Source: Selaginella moellendorffii
Lineage: Eukaryota; Plantae; Lycopodiophyta
Assembly: GCF_000143415.4 (NCBI RefSeq)
Contig: NW_003314322.1
Location: 435,430 to 499,429 of the forward strand
Direction: 5' to 3'
DNA: 64,000 nt
Shown: in pieces, positions 62,179 to 64,000 of the stretch
Layout of the letters: every line of letters starts with the position of its first letter
Position numbering within the stretch: position 1 is the stretch's first letter
The notes under the pieces: model-generated
Told to the model about the DNA's origin: nothing
Seen by the model: the letters and a program-made list of their open reading frames with translations, nothing else
Database searches by the model: none
Made by a program: the position numbers and the translations under genes

Positions 62179-62545
62179 TCCTCCTTCGGTAACCAGGTTC
62201 CTTACGCTTGTTTGATAAGCTCAGTAGCAAAAGCAGGGGGACGGATCGCACTCTCCTTTCAGCAGCGAAGGAGTCGCATTTCTACCCATGCAAAGCGAAA
62301 GCTCAAGTCAAGCAGTGAGAAGAAGCAATCCACATACCGAGCAAAGCACTTTCTTGATGTAGTTCGCGCAAGTTGCATCGGAGATATTGGCCGAATCATC
62401 CGACACAGAGCAGCAGAGTACTGGTAGCATTTCTAAAGAACCGACATCCTGCAATGGAGCCTCTGAGACAAGAGAAACCCCACGAGGCAAGAAAATTTCA
62501 AACTTGGTACCTTGAAGCTGAAGCAGAGCAAAGCCGCCATCCTCC
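62179..62545 (-). pseudogene. Collapsed HIPL1 5' pseudogene copy
   Basis: Mosaic of 44151-44248 and 45509-45930 with large deletions; NISDATCANYIK peptide retained. 62545-62790 matches the HIPL1 upstream region 45945-46190. Confidence 0.85.
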
Positions 62546-62802
62546 TCAATCGTCCTTTTGGACGCTACATGGGACCCTACAGCCATAACTTTGTCCTGCT
62601 ACTCACTTGACTCTTGCTAGTAGCTATGCGAATGCGTTGCTCGCAGTCGTGTTCCCCGTGTTGACTCGCAGCCGCTAGGTGCCTACCAAAGAAACGCCGT
62701 CGTGATACCGGAAACTTCTAAAGAATGCGCTGTCTTGGTATTTATCTAGGTGTAAACTGTACAGAACATTATCTCGCCGATAATGTACCGGTTTTATGTA
62801 CC

Positions 62803-64000
62803 TCATGACGCTCCAACCGTGAACTCCATCGTATAGTCGTACTCGATTGTTGGAATGACCGACGCCATGAACTTGAGGAACAGAAAAAGGTACCTGCGCA
62901 AGAATGTCCACTGTCAACAAGCCAAGCAGGGAAATCATACTTATCAACTTCGGGTTCCACTCCTCGTGACAACAAAATGGCGATGATCTTTTTCATAACC
63001 GGGGCATGGCGGCAAGGATGAACTGATGCATGCTTCCCAGCCATGTGTGGATGGTCCTCAATTGTAACCTGTATGCCAATATCAGTTCCAATAAAAATCC
63101 CATCGTTCTCCAACTTACAGTCTGTCGAGCATGATCTTGACTGACATCTTCAAAGACGAGCTCGGGATCCAAAAGCATTCGAGACTGTGAGTTCAAAGTT
63201 ATGTCAGCATGTCAGCAAACTGTATGTAACACAGACGAAAATGCTTAATTACCTCGTCATATCCAGTTAGCCATACTCTTGGAACTTGGAAGTACTGGTC
63301 ATACCTGTAGTGAGTACCTTAAAAGGACTGAACTTGAAACTCTAGAACGTTAGCTTACGTGATGCTTATATCGTAGGTCCGAGTACGCAGGATATTGTTA
63401 TCATCCGGCTCATGAGCTATTAGATAGGGTGCATGTACTGCAGTCTGCGTAATGAACTGAATTTGACAAAAAAAAAGAGAGAGAAGGAATTTTCCAAAGT
63501 GAATACCTCGTCCCGCGTCACAAGGTTATCGGAGCTATCAAAATCGGACATATCCGGAACATCATCCTCGTGATTTACGTATGTATCGTCAGAGATCAGG
63601 ATCTGAGGTCTGTCTTCTGTGTCCGCCATGTCCATGGATGGAACTGTGTCATCGTCGTCCTTAAGAGGTCCTGGAACTTGGCAATCAAAACTTGAGCTAG
63701 AAACGAAACAGCATACCCCCAGGAGCTCCGTGAGTCGCTAGCCAGCCTTCCCCGTCTTCTCCATCGAGCAAAACTTCCCCACCAGCAGCTGCGTATTCCT
63801 CTTCAAACGCGGCCGCTCGTCGCAGGCATGGAACTAAAAAGGAAAAAAAGAATGAAAACTCTATCCAAAAGCTTCTCAAAGGCATTACCATTCCTAGTGA
63901 TCAAAAACTGCTTGTCCTTCGGCAAATGTCCCTTCTGTTTGGAAGGGTCGCCACTCTCCCTGCGAGAAAGAGGAGGAAGAAAATAGGTAAACAAGGGACT
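62803..64000 (-). CDS. ATG3: Autophagy E2-like enzyme ATG3, multi-exon, 5' end beyond window
   Basis: LPKDKQFLITRNVPCLRRA; GWLATH; LRTRTYDISITYDKY; PRVWLTGYDE; EDVSQDHA; ASVHPCRHA (catalytic Cys); FLKFMASVIPTIEYDYT. Confidence 0.95.

Overview
Eukaryotic nuclear DNA from a very compact land-plant genome. Introns are about 45-70 nt, exons are GC-rich and intergenic spaces are often 20-220 bp. Selaginella (lycophyte) is my inference from these traits, not a database result. 1-3.3 kb: degenerate retroelement debris. 3.3-46 kb: about 22 tightly packed genes (TAF15, an orphan coiled-coil gene, SWC6/SEF, ThiM, UPF3, CDK5RAP3/C53, CUL4, hexokinase, HAL3/PPCDC, a GNAT, a GT31 galactosyltransferase, a PLS-PPR, bHLH IVb, LOG, an intronless group II intron maturase-like RT, SLY1, YebC/TACO1, PEX10, L-type LecRK, DUF819, UMAMIT/WAT1, HIPL1), plus a LINE remnant. 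46-64 kb: a complex rearrangement in which the HIPL1-ATG3 junction is duplicated. Between the two copies lie two inverted copies (one intact, one pseudogene) of an intronless gene with a restriction-endonuclease-like domain fused to a degenerate kinase. These flank an ~11 kb nest of Gypsy LTR retrotransposons containing a 100-N gap. ATG3 runs off the right end. Most notable: the REase-like/pseudokinase gene, the catalytically degenerate nuclear maturase-like RT, and operon-like packing (a 20-bp divergent spacer, a 26-bp tandem spacer, overlapping convergent CDSs, telo-boxes in the spacers). Exon boundaries and family calls were read by eye; no searches were run.
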